Assembly: GCA_002269645.1 (NCBI GenBank) | Contig: NIVC01004897.1 | Span: 1 to 32,048 of the forward strand | Length of the DNA stretch: 32,048 nucleotides | From: Macrostomum lignano | Taxonomy: Eukaryota | Direction: 5' to 3' | In this document: positions 1-28,613 of the stretch, piece after piece | Position numbering within the stretch: position 1 is the stretch's first letter | Layout: each line of letters begins with the position of its first letter | The notes under the pieces: generated by a model | Seen by the model: only the letters and a program-made list of their open reading frames with translations | What the model was told of the DNA's origin: nothing | Databases searched by the model: none | Position numbers and translations under genes: made by a program

Positions 1-65
1 CACAGAGATACGTGGACTGCATCCTGAGCAACGTTGGGGCGCCCGCACTGTCGACGGACAATTGA
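1..65 (+). CDS. Possible terminal exon of an unidentified gene entering from the left (RYVDCILSNVGAPALSTDN*)
   Basis: cacag acceptor-like site at 1-5, then a GC-rich open frame to TGA at 63-65, then AT-rich UTR-like sequence. Too short to identify. Confidence 0.25.
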   Translation, partial: QRYVDCILSNVGAPALSTDN

Positions 66-229
66 TTATTCGCCTGCTGGCGCTTCGACATGTCATCTGA
101 CGCTCCTCCACTGACTACTGGGGCGACTGCGTATTTTTTGTTGCTGTTGTTCTATAATTACCTACGAGTATAAGCTGGTTATTTTACAAATTCAAAGTTA
201 CAAACCCTTAGTTACGAAATCGTACATTT

Positions 230-534
230 CTGACGTTTCAACATCACGCTATGCAAGATTGGAGACCTGCACTGAAGCAACAGTAAGGTCTGTGAAGCTG
301 ATTTTTTACATATACACAGATTTCAGATGGTAAATTGCAAAAATAAAATTGGTTATCAGTTGTTGTTGGGTATTTCGTAGTTCTATGGGTAGAATGATTT
401 GGCATGTTTGCGAAATTCTGCAGTTACTGACGTTTCAACATCACGCTATGCAAGATTGGAGGCCTGCACTGAAGCAACAGTAAGGTCTGTGAAGCTGATT
501 TTTTTATATAAACACAGATTTCAGATGGTAAATT
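230..534. repeat. Direct duplication of ~107 bp (230-336 and 427-534)
   Basis: ctgacgtttcaacatcacgctatgcaagattggag...cacagatttcagatggtaaatt occurs twice with only a few substitutions and one indel. Confidence 0.9.
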
Positions 535-1633
535 TGAGTTTCGACTATAAATCGTTTTACATTCAAGTGTTTTCTGCTAAATCGATCTTTTTGTTATTTT
601 TATCTTATCGGGAACTGGAACTGAAAAACCGGTCATACGAGTAAAAATAGTAGATTTAACAGGTTAAAAATTTTTAAAAACTTTTTTATTACTGGTGAAA
701 CAAACTACAATGTTATAAATGGTAGCATCATAGCCTAATGCATTGGGGACAGTTGAAGCTTTAAAAAAATTAATTTAAAGTTGGAATTATATGCTTTAAC
801 TAAATTCGACAAGATTACATTCGCAATTGATGTATTTGCACGTCAGAAATTTGTACATAAGATGTACATGCTATAGTTATGTGTACTGTAGATTCACATG
901 GATAAGCAAGTAAAGGAAAGAGCCTATAATTATACGTCCGCTAAACGGAAAGTAAAATATTTACATGCGATCGTACTGCTGAACACAAATTGAATGCAAT
1001 GTAACGTACAGGGACTAGAAAAGGCCGTCTTCTAGTTGTCTTTTTTAGTTGTCCCTGAACGCAAACTGTGGATTTTTAAAAGGAGCAGGGTAAATGTGTG
1101 CGGCATATTAGTTCGAACCTATTTGAACCTTCTGGGGTGCGAAATGTTGACGAATTCGGTGTAACCCGAAGCTGCAGTCGCAGATTGACAAAGTGACATA
1201 CTATATAGGTAAAAATTTAGACGCATTTCCTCACCACCATGACAATTTCAAATCACGTAAAACTTTAAGCCACGTTATCATAACATTTTATGTTATGATC
1301 CAATCAGAATAAACAACTCGTAAATTGTATTTGAATAGACTAATATTGAAATTAATATGCACATGTATGTACAGCACAGCAAGTGTACGTTGTATGCACT
1401 GCTATTTACATTCGTCTGGCTGTGACACACTTCCGCACACAATGATGGCATGTGGGATAAAGAAAATTCGCTAGTTACTATTCTTTCCTTAGTGTTTTGC
1501 AGTAATGAATTTTCAGTTTTCGAAGTTAATGTGCACCGTATTGCTATAGAGGCACTGTACATGTAGGCTAATTCAGTGAGTGGAGAATATGATTGCCGTA
1601 GATCTACGAATCTCTCGTAATTGAGCCTGAAGA

Positions 1634-15380
<13,747 letters not shown>

Positions 15381-15897
15381 CACAAATGCTATTGGATCGT
15401 CAATTTTTGAGAACGTTTTTGTCAGGGCCAGGAGAGAAGCGAGCGGGTGGATGCATGCAGTTTATAGTTCACTGACAGGAGGCACTGGGAGGGAAGGGAA
15501 ACACTGGGCTCCCCGCTCATAGTCAGTCATTCATCCAATGAAAATCTCCTTGCCCCCAAATACTGACTGGCCCTCAGGCTTTTCTCCCATTTTTCCCCAA
15601 TCTCATCCCTCCGTTTTCCCCGACTTGCCTCATCTCTTCCTCCCGCTCGCAGGTGTAGGCCTGCTAATACTTTGATGAATATGAGCCAGCACTGAAATAC
15701 ACCACCAGTGAGTATTTGCCGGGGTATTTTGTGTCGACAAGATAAATGAGAGCTGGCTTGTCGTTAGCGACAGGTGGCAACACTAATTAGCTGTCAGTAA
15801 TCCTTAATACATTTTTGCAAATGAATGAGATTAATGAGAGACTTGCACTTCTGTGTTTACATAAGTCATAGTTTTTTAATGATAGAATTATCTCTGA

Positions 15898-16636
15898 TAG
15901 GAAGCTTTGAGTCTGGGGAGCTTTGAGTCTGGGAAGAATTGAGTCTGGGAAGCTTTGAGTCTGGGGAGCTTTGAGTCTGGGAAGAATTGAGTCTGGGAAG
16001 CTTTTAGTCTGGGAAGCTTTGAGTCTGGGAAGAATTGAGTCTGGGAAGCTTTGAGTCTGGGGAGCTTTGAGTCTGGGAAGAATTGAGTCTGGGAAGCTTT
16101 GAGTCTGGGGAGCTTTGAGTCTGGGAAGAATTGAGTCTGGGAAGCTTTGAGTCTGGGAAGCTTTGAGTCTGGGAAGCTTTGAGTCTGGGAAGCTTTGGGT
16201 CTGGGAAGCTTTGAGTCTGGGAAGCTTTGAGTCTGGGAAGCTTTGAGTCTGGGAAGCTTTGAGTCTGGGAAGCTTTGAGTCTGGGAAGAATTGAGTCTGG
16301 GAAGAATTGAGTCTGGGAAGCTTTGAGTACAGGTAGCATTGAGTACGGGCAGCTTTGAGTCTGGGAAGCTTTGAGTCTGGGAAGCTTTGAGTCTGGGAAG
16401 CTTTGAGTCTGGGAAGCTTTGATTCTGGGAAGCTTTGATTCTGGGTAGCTTTGAGTACGGGTAGCATTGAGTACGGGCAGCTTTGAGTACGGGCAGCTTT
16501 GAGTACAGGCAGCTTTGAGTACGGGTAGCTTTGATTACGGGCAGCTTTGAGTACAGGCAGCTTTGAGTACGGGTAGCTTTGATTACGGGCAGCTTTGAGT
16601 ACAGGCAGCTTTGAGTACAGGCAGCTTTGAGTACGG
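15898..16636. repeat. 16-bp minisatellite (gggaagctttgagtct) with a 48-bp higher-order block, grading into gggcagctttgagtac
   Basis: Variant order read directly from the sequence. Confidence 0.96.
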
Positions 16637-17199
16637 AACTTACTAACGCAGAGTGTCCCTACCAGAATACGGTCTCAAATTTGAAGCTATCCTGCCGGCA
16701 CAGAAATTCACTCAATCAGCTCCTGTAAGAACCACTGTTTTGTGCACTTTCCCGCCATAAAAACTTGGGTTGTATTTTCCCAATGAAATCCGCAATCCGA
16801 GAGCCCAGTGCTGGTCGAAAAACAACTTTAGGGAGTTGCCCCTCCCAATTCTGCATCCCAATCATCTCTTGCAGTGAGTGGCTCATTATTTATACAGCAC
16901 ATGTGCAATGCACCGGACTTGCCCTTCTCTCTCTGGTTTACTAGCCTCTGAGGCCCCGGTGTAGCCTTGAGTCCTGTTTAAAATAAGAAACCCAATCCAA
17001 GAACAGTAAGATCAGTTTTTCCTGCCTAATTCCCATCCGTAGCTTTGTCGGCTTTACGAGCTGCAAAACTATGATGGAAAGATGGGAAGGGACTTTGAGC
17101 AGCTGGGGAAAGAGGAATGGGGAGCGAAGGAGGAAGATGAGGGATGAGGGTGGAGACGGTGGAGAAAGAAAAGAGTTGGAAGGGAGGGGGAGAGGAAGC

Positions 17200-17760
17200 G
17201 AATAAGCTGTGAAGCGGGGAGAAGGAAGGGTAGAGAAGGGGAGAGAAGAGAAGGGAAGGGGAGAGACGGGGAGAAGGGAAGTGACGGGGAGAGAAGAGAA
17301 GGAGAGTGAAAAGGAGTGAAGGGGAGTGAAGGGGAGATGCTGGGAGAGAAGGGGAGAGAAGAGAAGGGAAGGGGAGAGACGGGGAGAAGGGAAGTGACGG
17401 GGAGAGAAGAGAAGGAGAGTGAAAAGGAGTGAAGGGGAGTGAAGGGGAGATACTGGGAGAGAAGGGGAGAGAAGAGAAGGGAAGGGGAGAGACGGGGAGA
17501 AGGGAAGTGACGGGGAGAGAAGTGAAGGAGAGTGAAAAGGAGTGAAGGGGAGTGAAGGGGAGATACTGGGAGAGAAGGGGAGAGAAGGGAAGAGAAGGGA
17601 AGAGAAGGGAGAGAAGGGAAGAAGGAAGAGAAGGGAGAGAAGGGGAGAGAAGGGGAGAGAAGGGGAGAGAAGGGGAGAGGAGAGGAAGAGAAGGAGAGTG
17701 AGGGAGGAGAAGGGGAGAGATTGGGAGAAAAAGAGAGAAGGGAGCGGAGGGGAGAGTGGG
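17200..17760. repeat. Polypurine tract containing a 113-bp unit x3
   Basis: The marker acggggagaaggg starts at 17266, 17379 and 17492. Confidence 0.9.
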
Positions 17761-18182
17761 GAGCAAAGTTAAGGTAATTCTGTCCGGCCTCCAGATCTCT
17801 GTAGTGGATTTTGGATTAGTGCGTGTTACTAAAGATCACTTGGATTAACTTTCTTAACTTTAACTTTCTTGAGCAAAGTCAAGGTAATTCTGTCCTAGTT
17901 GGGAGCAAAGTCAAGTGAAGAAATTAAACGTCTTTACTACTAACAAAGCTAGTAGGCCTGCTGTATGAAAAGTAGTACTAAAAACAATCAAAAAAGTTCA
18001 TTTATTAGTTTAAATTTAAACATTTGTTTTTTAAAATTTTTTTCTAGCTGAGATCTTTCGATCGAATTTTAAATTATTAATTTTTATCACCATGTAATTT
18101 GTCCGCTCCATGTAGTCGCTGCTCCCAGTTTTGCTCCCGTTGCCATCTAGTCCTGTCCGCTTTGTGTAATTGCCTGTGCTAT

Positions 18183-19738
18183 AGGGGGAGAGAAGGAAAC
18201 GGGAGAGAAAGGGAGAGGAGAGAATAGGAGAGAAGGGGAGAGAAGGGGAGAGAAGGGGAGAAAAGGGGAGAGAAGGGGAGTGAAAGGGAAGGGGAGAGAA
18301 GGGGAGAGACGGAGAGAAGGGGAGAGGAGGGAGAAGGAGAGAGAAGGGGAGAGAAGGGAGAAGGGGAGAGAAGGGAGAAGGGGAGAGGAGGGAGAAGGGG
18401 AGAGGAGGGAGAAGGGGAGAGAAGGGAGAAGGGGAGAGGAGGGAGAAGGGGAGAGGAGGGAGAAGGGGAGAGAAGGGGAGAGAAGGGGAGTGAAAGGGAA
18501 GGGGAGAGAAGGGGAGAGACGGGGAGAAGGGGAGAGGAGGGAGAAGGAGAGAGAAGGGGAGAGAAGGGAGAAGGGGAGAGGAGGGAGAAGGGGAGACGAG
18601 GGAGAAGGGGAGACGAGGGAGAAGGGGAGACGAGGGAGAAGGGGAGACGAGGGAGAAGGGGAGAGGAGGGAGAAGGGGAGAGAAGGGAGAAGGGGAGAGA
18701 AGGGAGAAGGGGAGAGAAGGGAGAAGGGGAGAGGAGGGAGAAGGGGAGAGGAGGGAGAAGGGGAGAGGAGGGAGGAGAGAGAAGGGAGAAGGGGAGAGGA
18801 GGGAGAAGGGGAGAGAAGAGAGAAGGGGAGAGGAGGGAGAAGGGGAGAAGGGGAGAAGAGGGAGAGGAGGGAGAAGGGGAGATGAGGGAGAAGGGGAGAG
18901 GAGGAGAAGGGGAGAGGAGGGAGAAGGGGAGAGAAGGGGAGAGGAGGGAGAAGGGGAGAGGAGGGAGAAGGGGAGGAGGAGAAGGGGAGAGGAGGGAGAA
19001 GGGGAGAGAAGGGAGAAGGGGAGAGAAGGGAGAAGGGGAGAGAAGGGAGAAGGGGAGAGAAGGGAGAAGGGGAGAGAAGGGAGAAGGGGAGAGAAGGGAG
19101 AAGGGGAGAGAATGGAGAAGGGGAAAGAAGGGGAGATGAGGGAGAAGGAGAGAGGAGGGAGAAGGGGAGAGGAGGGAGAAGGGGAGAGGAGGGAGAAGGG
19201 GAGAGGAGGGAGAAGGGGAGAGGAGGGAGAAGGGGAGATGAGGGAGAAGGGGAGAGGAGGGAGAAGGGGAGAGGAGGAGAAGGGGAGAGGAGGGAGAAGG
19301 GGAGAGAAGGGAGAAGGGGAGAGGAGGGAGAAGGGGAGAGAAGGGAGAAGGGGAGAGAAGGGAGAAGGGGAGAGAAGGGAGAAGGGGAGAGTAGGGAGAA
19401 GGGGAGAGAAGGGAGAAGGGGAGAGAAGGGAGAAGGGGAAAGAAGGGGAGATGAGGGAGAAGGAGAGAGGAGGGAGAAGGGGAGAGGAGGGAGAAGGGGA
19501 GAGGAGGGAGAAGGGGAGAGAAGGGAGAAGGGGAGAGGAGGGAGAAGGGGAGACGAGGGAGAAGGGGAGAGGAGGAGAAGGGGAGAGGAGGGAGAAGGGG
19601 AGAGAAGGGAGAAGGGGAGAGAAGGGAGAAGGGGAGAGAAGGGAGAAGGGGAGAGAAGGGAGAAGGGGAGAGAAGGGAGAAGGGGAAAGAAGGGGAGAGG
19701 AGGGAGAAGGGGAGAGGAGGGAGAAGGGGAGAGGAGAA
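18183..19738. repeat. ~1.55-kb homopurine tract of (ggagaaggggagag)-like units
   Basis: Almost only G and A on the plus strand. Confidence 0.97.
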
Positions 19739-20216
19739 AAGTAGTAGTGGAGACAGAAAGCAATCATAAAACGGCATCCAACTCTAAAAGCTTCTCTGAA
19801 CGAAATGGAATGAGTTGGGCCACCTGCAAGTCTACGGGGGTAGCTAAAAAAGCTCATCTGCTCAGATAAAGGTATTATTTTAACCCAACTAACTCCTATG
19901 AAACGTGATTCCGAAACGTTATTTTTGTTTTCCCACTACTTTTAGCTTGAAAATCGATTAAATGGTTGAAACTTTGCACGATTTTCTTAAGTTCCCAAAT
20001 ATTGCCCATGGGAGTTATTTAGTGGCAGCTGAATTTGATAATTTTGTTGAACGAATTCATTTATTTCGCTCTTAGCACTGAACACACTTGCACAGTGCTT
20101 TAATTTTGATTGCATTGCTGAATCTGAATTGTTTATATGCAATGTATCTGACATTTTTGACTGCCGCATCAGGTGAGACAGCTCTCGTTACTGCAATTTG
20201 CCATTGATAAGATTGA

Positions 20217-20571
20217 TCAGGTTGATGAGGCTGTAGTTCAGGCTGATGAGGCTGCTGTTCAGCTGTATTTCAGATTGATGAGGCTGTAGTTCAGGTTGAT
20301 GAGGCTGCTGTTCAGCTGCAGTTCAGATTGATGAGGCTGCTGTTCAGCTGTAGTTCAGATTGATGAGGCTGCTGTTCAGCTGTAGTTCAGATTGATGAGG
20401 CTGCTGTTCAGCTGTAGTTCAGGTTGATGAGGCTGCTGTTCAGCTGTAGTTCAGATTGATGAGGCTGCTGTTCAGCTGTAGTTCAGATTGATGAGGCTGC
20501 TGTTCAGCTGTAGTTCAGGTTGATGAGGCTGCTGTTCAGCTGTAGTTCAGATTGATGAGGCTGCTGTTCAG
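20217..20571. repeat. 32-bp minisatellite (gttcagattgatgaggctgctgttcagctgta), ~10 copies, with 20-bp deleted variants at the left edge
   Basis: Period 32 (tgttcagc at 20341 and 20373). Confidence 0.95.
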
Positions 20572-20975
20572 CAGCAGAATACACTGATTCAGAATCTGGC
20601 ATGGTCAATAAACTAGAGCCGATCATTGCCAGTCAGCTGATCAGACCATAATTCTGATGAATCGGGGGAGGGCAAAGTGGCGCGGCGCGCCTCAGCTTCT
20701 CAAATACGAGTGTTTGCTTTGTGGGCGATCGGCTCCTGGGGTTTTTATCTGCTGGGGGCATGCCAGAGCATAAAAGATTTCAGAGATTAAGCTGACTGTT
20801 TGGTGTAGTCGGGATTATGCTAAATCTCTCTGTAGTTCAGTCTGCTCCAGGAGCCGCCTAGCGCATTCTTTCAGCTTCTGTGTGTCAGTTCTGACTCATA
20901 TTGGTCCCCCGCCTCTGTGTGCTGTTTGAGCAGCACGACCTCCTGTCTCCTGCCTGCTCGTTCCACTTGAGCCCC

Positions 20976-21887
20976 TTCTCCCTCTCTCCCTCTCTCCCTC
21001 TTTGCCTCTCCCCTCTCTCCCTCTCTCCATCTCTCCCTCTCTCCATCTCTCCCTCTCTCCATCTCTCCCTCTCTCCATCTCTCCCTCTCTCCCCTCTCTC
21101 CCTCTCTCCCTCTTTGCCTCTCTCCCTCTCTCCGTCTCTCCCCTCTCTCCCTCTCTCCCTCTCTCCCTCTTTGCCTCTCTCCCCTCTCTCTCTCTCTCTT
21201 TGCCTCTCTCCCCTCTTTCCCTCTCTCCCTCTTTGCCTCTCTCCCCTCTCTCTCTCTCTTTGCCTCTCTCCCCTCTTTCCCTCTCTCCCTCTTTGCCTCT
21301 CTCCCCTCTTTCCCTCTCTCCCTCTTTGCCTCTCTCCCCTCTTTCCCTCTCTCCCTCTTTGCCTCTCTCCCCTCTCTCCCTCTCTCCCTCTCTCTCTCTC
21401 TCTCCCTCTCTCCCTCTCTCCCTCTTTGCCTCTCCCCTCTCTCCCTCTCTCCATCTCTCCCTCTCTCCATCTCTCCCTCTCTCCATCTCTCCCTCTCTCC
21501 ATCTCTCCCTCTCTCCCCTCTCTCCCTCTCTCCCTCTTTGCCTCTCTCCCTCTCTCCGTCTCTCCCCTCTCTCCCTCTCTCCCTCTCTCCCTCTTTGCCT
21601 CTCTCCCCTCTCTCTCTCTCTCTTTGCCTCTCTCCCCTCTCTCTCTCTCTCTTTGCCTCTCTCCCCTCTTTCCCTCTCTCCCTCTTTGCCTCTCTCCCCT
21701 CTCTCTCTCTCTTTGCCTCTCTCCCCTCTTTCCCTCTCTCCCTCTTTGCCTCTCTCCCCTCTTTCCCTCTCTCCCTCTTTGCCTCTCTCCCCTCTTTCCC
21801 TCTCTCCCTCTTTGCCTCTCTCCCCTCTCTCCCTCTCTCCCTCTCTCCCTCTCTCCCTCTCTCCCTGTCTCCCTCTCTCTCTCTCTC
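20976..21887. repeat. Polypyrimidine (CT-rich) tract built from a ~425-bp tandem duplication
   Basis: The pattern tttgcctctcccctctctccctctctccatctct... recurs at ~21001 and ~21423. Confidence 0.92.
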
Positions 21888-21916
21888 GCCCTAATTTTAG
21901 CCAATAATTTCTGCAG

Positions 21917-25020
<3,104 letters not shown>

Positions 25021-25264
25021 TGCGCTCTTGCGCCAGTGTGCCGTTATGACAGAGTTATGACGCCTTGTGCAGCCGTACCCGTCGGTTTGTATGCACAAGG
25101 CCAGCTTCGGACTCGAGAATGATGACTAACTGGAACTTCTTCGACGTACATTTTGTACCCTCGAGGGTTTGTTTCGTATCATGATAGACATGGTTTAATA
25201 TTATTTAATTTTTATAGATCCCCGATTTTCTCTCTTTTCTTTAGATAATTCTTGCGGGCCAGAT

Positions 25265-25515
25265 GAGAGATGAGAGGGAGAGGAATGGGGGAGAGAAAAG
25301 AAGAAAGAGGAGATGAGAGGTGAAAGGCAAGATGAGAGATGCGATGAGAAATTAGATGAGATAAGAGAATAGAGATGATGATACGATGAGAGAAGATAAG
25401 AAGACAGATGAAAGAAGAGATGATGGAAGAGGATACTAGAAAGAAAGGCGAGGAGATGAGAAAAGAGGAGCGGCGAGAGATGACAGGAGAGAGGAGAGGC
25501 GAGTAGAGGGGAGAG
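25265..25515. repeat. Degenerate purine-rich low-complexity tract (gatgaga-like)
   Basis: Composition only. Confidence 0.7.
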
Positions 25516-25907
25516 GTTTCAAAGTTTCAAAGGACCCGAAGGCCGGATAGAGAGGCTTCGCGGACCGGGCCGCACATGGCAGGGAGCAGCAGGGCCGGGG
25601 GTGCCCATTCCCCTCGCGCCAGCCTTATAAGACAGCCTACATGTATTGTACAAGGAGGTCCGGGCCCTCTCAAGAGTTGATATTTCACCTACTAAAGATC
25701 CAGATTTCCTTGTCAGAACCAACAGCGGCAGCCAATAGGAACCGAGGCAGCCAGTCATAAGAGGGCTTGAGGTCACAACGCTCGATTTTTTACACACGGC
25801 AGCTGTTGGGTTGGCAACCGAACCGGCCAGCTGCTGCTTTTGAGTTCACTAAAGTGCATCCCCCTCTCTCTCTGCCAGCTCTGCCTAGTCTCACTCTGCC
25901 AGCCGCA

Positions 25908-26195
25908 ATGAATGAGTCCCATAGTAACGACTCGGAACTGGCCGGACCCAGCCTGATGTACATCAGTCTCCGAGTGCTGACGTTTCCGGTTGCCGAGATT
26001 GGCCTGTCATTCAGCTGCCTGACTCTGAACCTGCTGGTCAAGAAGTACCAACGCGGCCGAGAGACCTTCGACGTTGGGCTCATTCTGATGCAGGTGGCCC
26101 AGGTCACCTACTGCCTGCTGATCAACGGCTATGCTGCGTTTGACGTCATCTCTGTGGTGCAGGGCCGGCACCACGAATACCACTGGCCCTTCCTG
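25908..26195 (+). CDS. First coding exon of an atypical rhodopsin-like (class A) GPCR: N-terminus, TM1, TM2, ECL1
   Basis: Acceptor at 25902, ATG at 25908, donor CTG|gtgagc. Two N-terminal N-glycosylation sequons (NES, NDS), two hydrophobic helices separated by KKYQRGRE, and an ECL1-like WPF motif. Downstream exons were not found. Confidence 0.6.
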
Positions 26196-26239
26196 GTGAG
26201 CGGTAACTCTGCTGTTCAGTGTTGAGAGAGGGGAGGTCA

Positions 26240-26742
26240 GTTCCCTCCGGTCTGGTCGGTTCCCTCCGATCCGGTCAGTTCCCTCCGATCTGGTCAGTTC
26301 CCTCCGATCTGGTCAGTTCCCTCTGATCTGGTCGTTTCCCTCCGATCCGGTCAGTTCCCTCCGATCTGGTCAGTTCCCTCTGATCTGGTCAGTTCCCTCT
26401 GATCTGGTCGGTTCCCTCTGATCTGGTTAGTTCCCTCTGATCTGGTCAGTTCCCTCTGATCTGGTCAGTTCCCTCTGATCTGGTCAGTTCCCTTTGCTCT
26501 GGTCAGTTCCATCTGATCTGGTCAGTTCCCTTTGCTCTGGTCAGTTCCCTCCGATCTGGTCAGTTCCCTCTGATCTGGTCAGTTCCCTCTGATCTGGTCA
26601 GTTCCCTCTGATCTGGTCAGTTCCCTTTGCTCTGGTCAGTTCCTTCTGATCTGGTCAGTTCCCTTTGCTCTGGTCAGTTCCCTCCGATCTGGTCAGTTCC
26701 CTCTAATCTGGTCAGTTCCCTTTGCTCTGGTCAGTTCCCTCT
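26240..26742. repeat. 19-bp minisatellite (ctggtcagttccctctgat), ~26 copies
   Basis: Period 19. Confidence 0.96.
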
Positions 26743-26743
26743 G

Positions 26744-27176
26744 TAACCACAGTGGATTCTGTAAACTAAACAAGCTGGGCAATGACCTGAAGTAACCACA
26801 GTGGACTCTGTAAACTAAACAAGCTGGGCAATGACCTGAAGTAACCACAGTGGACTCTGTAAACTAAACAAGCTGGGCAATGACCTGAAGTAACCACAGT
26901 GGACTCTGTAAACTAAACAAGCTGGGCAATGACCTGAAGTAACCACAGTGGACTCTGTAAACTAAACAAGCTGGGCATTGACCTGAAGTAACCACAGTGG
27001 ACTCTGTAAACTAAACAAGCTGGGCATTGACCTGAAGTAACCACAGTGGACTCTGTAAACTAAACAAGCTGGGCGATGACCTGAAGTAACCACAGTGGAC
27101 TCTGTAAACTAAACAAGCTGGGCATTGACCTGAAGTAACCACAGTGGACTCTGTAAACTAAACAATCTGGGCAATG
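26744..27176. repeat. 49-bp minisatellite (gtaaccacagtggactctgtaaactaaacaagctgggcaatgacctgaa), ~9 copies
   Basis: Period 49; directly abuts the 19-bp array. Confidence 0.97.
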
Positions 27177-27699
27177 GAGACAAACGGAGAAGAACTGACT
27201 GGCAAAGCTAGAGGGAAGATTCTTGATATTTATTCAGTTTATTTGAATTCCCCAAACCTGGCGGACCCTTGATGAACTTTCGCACCTCCAGCTGCATCAG
27301 AGCCATATCCCGCATAGCAGCTGGGTTTACCCGCTCGCAGCCAACACTAGCCCATTCGCAGATTTCGCGGATAATATGGGATTACCTTGTGCTACCCTCA
27401 TTTTAGTTCAAGTATAAACAATTCCACAGATCTCGAAATCGCTGTAGTTAACGAGTATAACACTGTTCGACGAACCCACGGAGAAGTAGCAGCTCTGGGG
27501 AGCTGGGAGTGATAACTTCTCCGCTGATTTCGACTTGTTCTCTATTCTCGGTTTCTTCAAACACAGCGCACGCAATATATGCAATATCTTGCGCCTCGAG
27601 GGGGACTCGATTTCAATCCTGCCGCCGGCTTCTCGAAAGAGGGATGTCACGGGCAGATGATGAAGGGGTGGAGAGGATATCGATTTTAGAGGGAAAATG

Positions 27700-28030
27700 A
27701 AATGGAGGAGGGACGGGTATTGGATGAGGTGATAGACAGAGAGGGAGAGTGGTAGACGGAGAATAGGTATAGAAAGGTAGATAGAGAGGAAGAATGGTAG
27801 ATGGATGGAGTGAAGTAGATAGGGAGAGAGAGCTAGAGCTAGATTAAGATAGAGGTACATAGGGTGGGAGAGAGGTAGATGGATGAGAAGAGGAGGAGTG
27901 ATAGATGAAGAAGTAGATAGGTAGCGAGGTAGACAGGGAGAGGTAGGTTAGAAGGAGAGAAGTAGATGAAGAAGGATAGGAGTGGACGGGAGAATTTGAT
28001 TGAGAGGCAGAGAGGCAGAAGGGTCGATTA
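27700..28030. repeat. Degenerate purine-rich low-complexity tract
   Basis: Composition only. Confidence 0.65.
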
Positions 28031-28613
28031 AGATTGTGAGAAGTAGATAAAAGGAACATTGGATCACTGGCTAGAGACAGAGAGGCGTGAGCAGGCAAAC
28101 GGCACCCAGCCTCAAATTGCTCAAACGATCTCCATCTTTGTCAGGAGGGCTGCAGATTTCAGCTGATTGGAATTAATTCGGACTCGGTGATGAGGCGGCA
28201 CCCTCACGGAAGTTGAGGATAATTAAGACTGCAAACGACAGCTTTTGAGTCAAATCCAAATTGAATTTTTGATAAGGGATTTAGCAGTCCATGACAACTG
28301 GCTGCGACATCCGGATTGGAAGCGGACCGAATCTTCTGAAAAAAAAATCAGAAAGAACTTTGAGAAAATCAAACTCAAAATAATAAAAAGCTGCTTCAAA
28401 ATTCGAATCTATGGAAGCAGGATCGTGACAGATTCAATATCTGACAAATTTCGTTTGGTAGAAAAAATGGAAAGCATTACCGAGATGGAAAACCTTCGAG
28501 TTCTTTCACTCCAAGTTGCAGCACCAATATTTTGATTGCTACCGCACGTGATTAGGATCTTTCTTAGAAACCAAGTGTCCTTGAACTTCTGGAGCGGTCT
28601 TTGGCTTCTAACT

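Noticed and set aside
17770-18180. Minus-strand exon-like blocks after pyrimidine tracts (e.g. HRQLHKADRTRWQREQNW)
   Set aside because: The acceptor strength comes from the adjacent repeat; donors are weak and the reading frame is ambiguous.
20217-20670. Hammerhead ribozyme / retrozyme (tgatgag in the 32-bp unit, ctgatgaa at ~20654)
   Set aside because: No GAAA/GAAAC partner strand or closing helices are visible.
27240-28535. Candidate continuation exons of the GPCR, or a separate gene (ORFs 27408-27860, 28245-28535; EGCRFQL after the acceptor at ~28144)
   Set aside because: No TM3/DRY-like or other family motif; frames are interrupted and splice sites are unconvincing.
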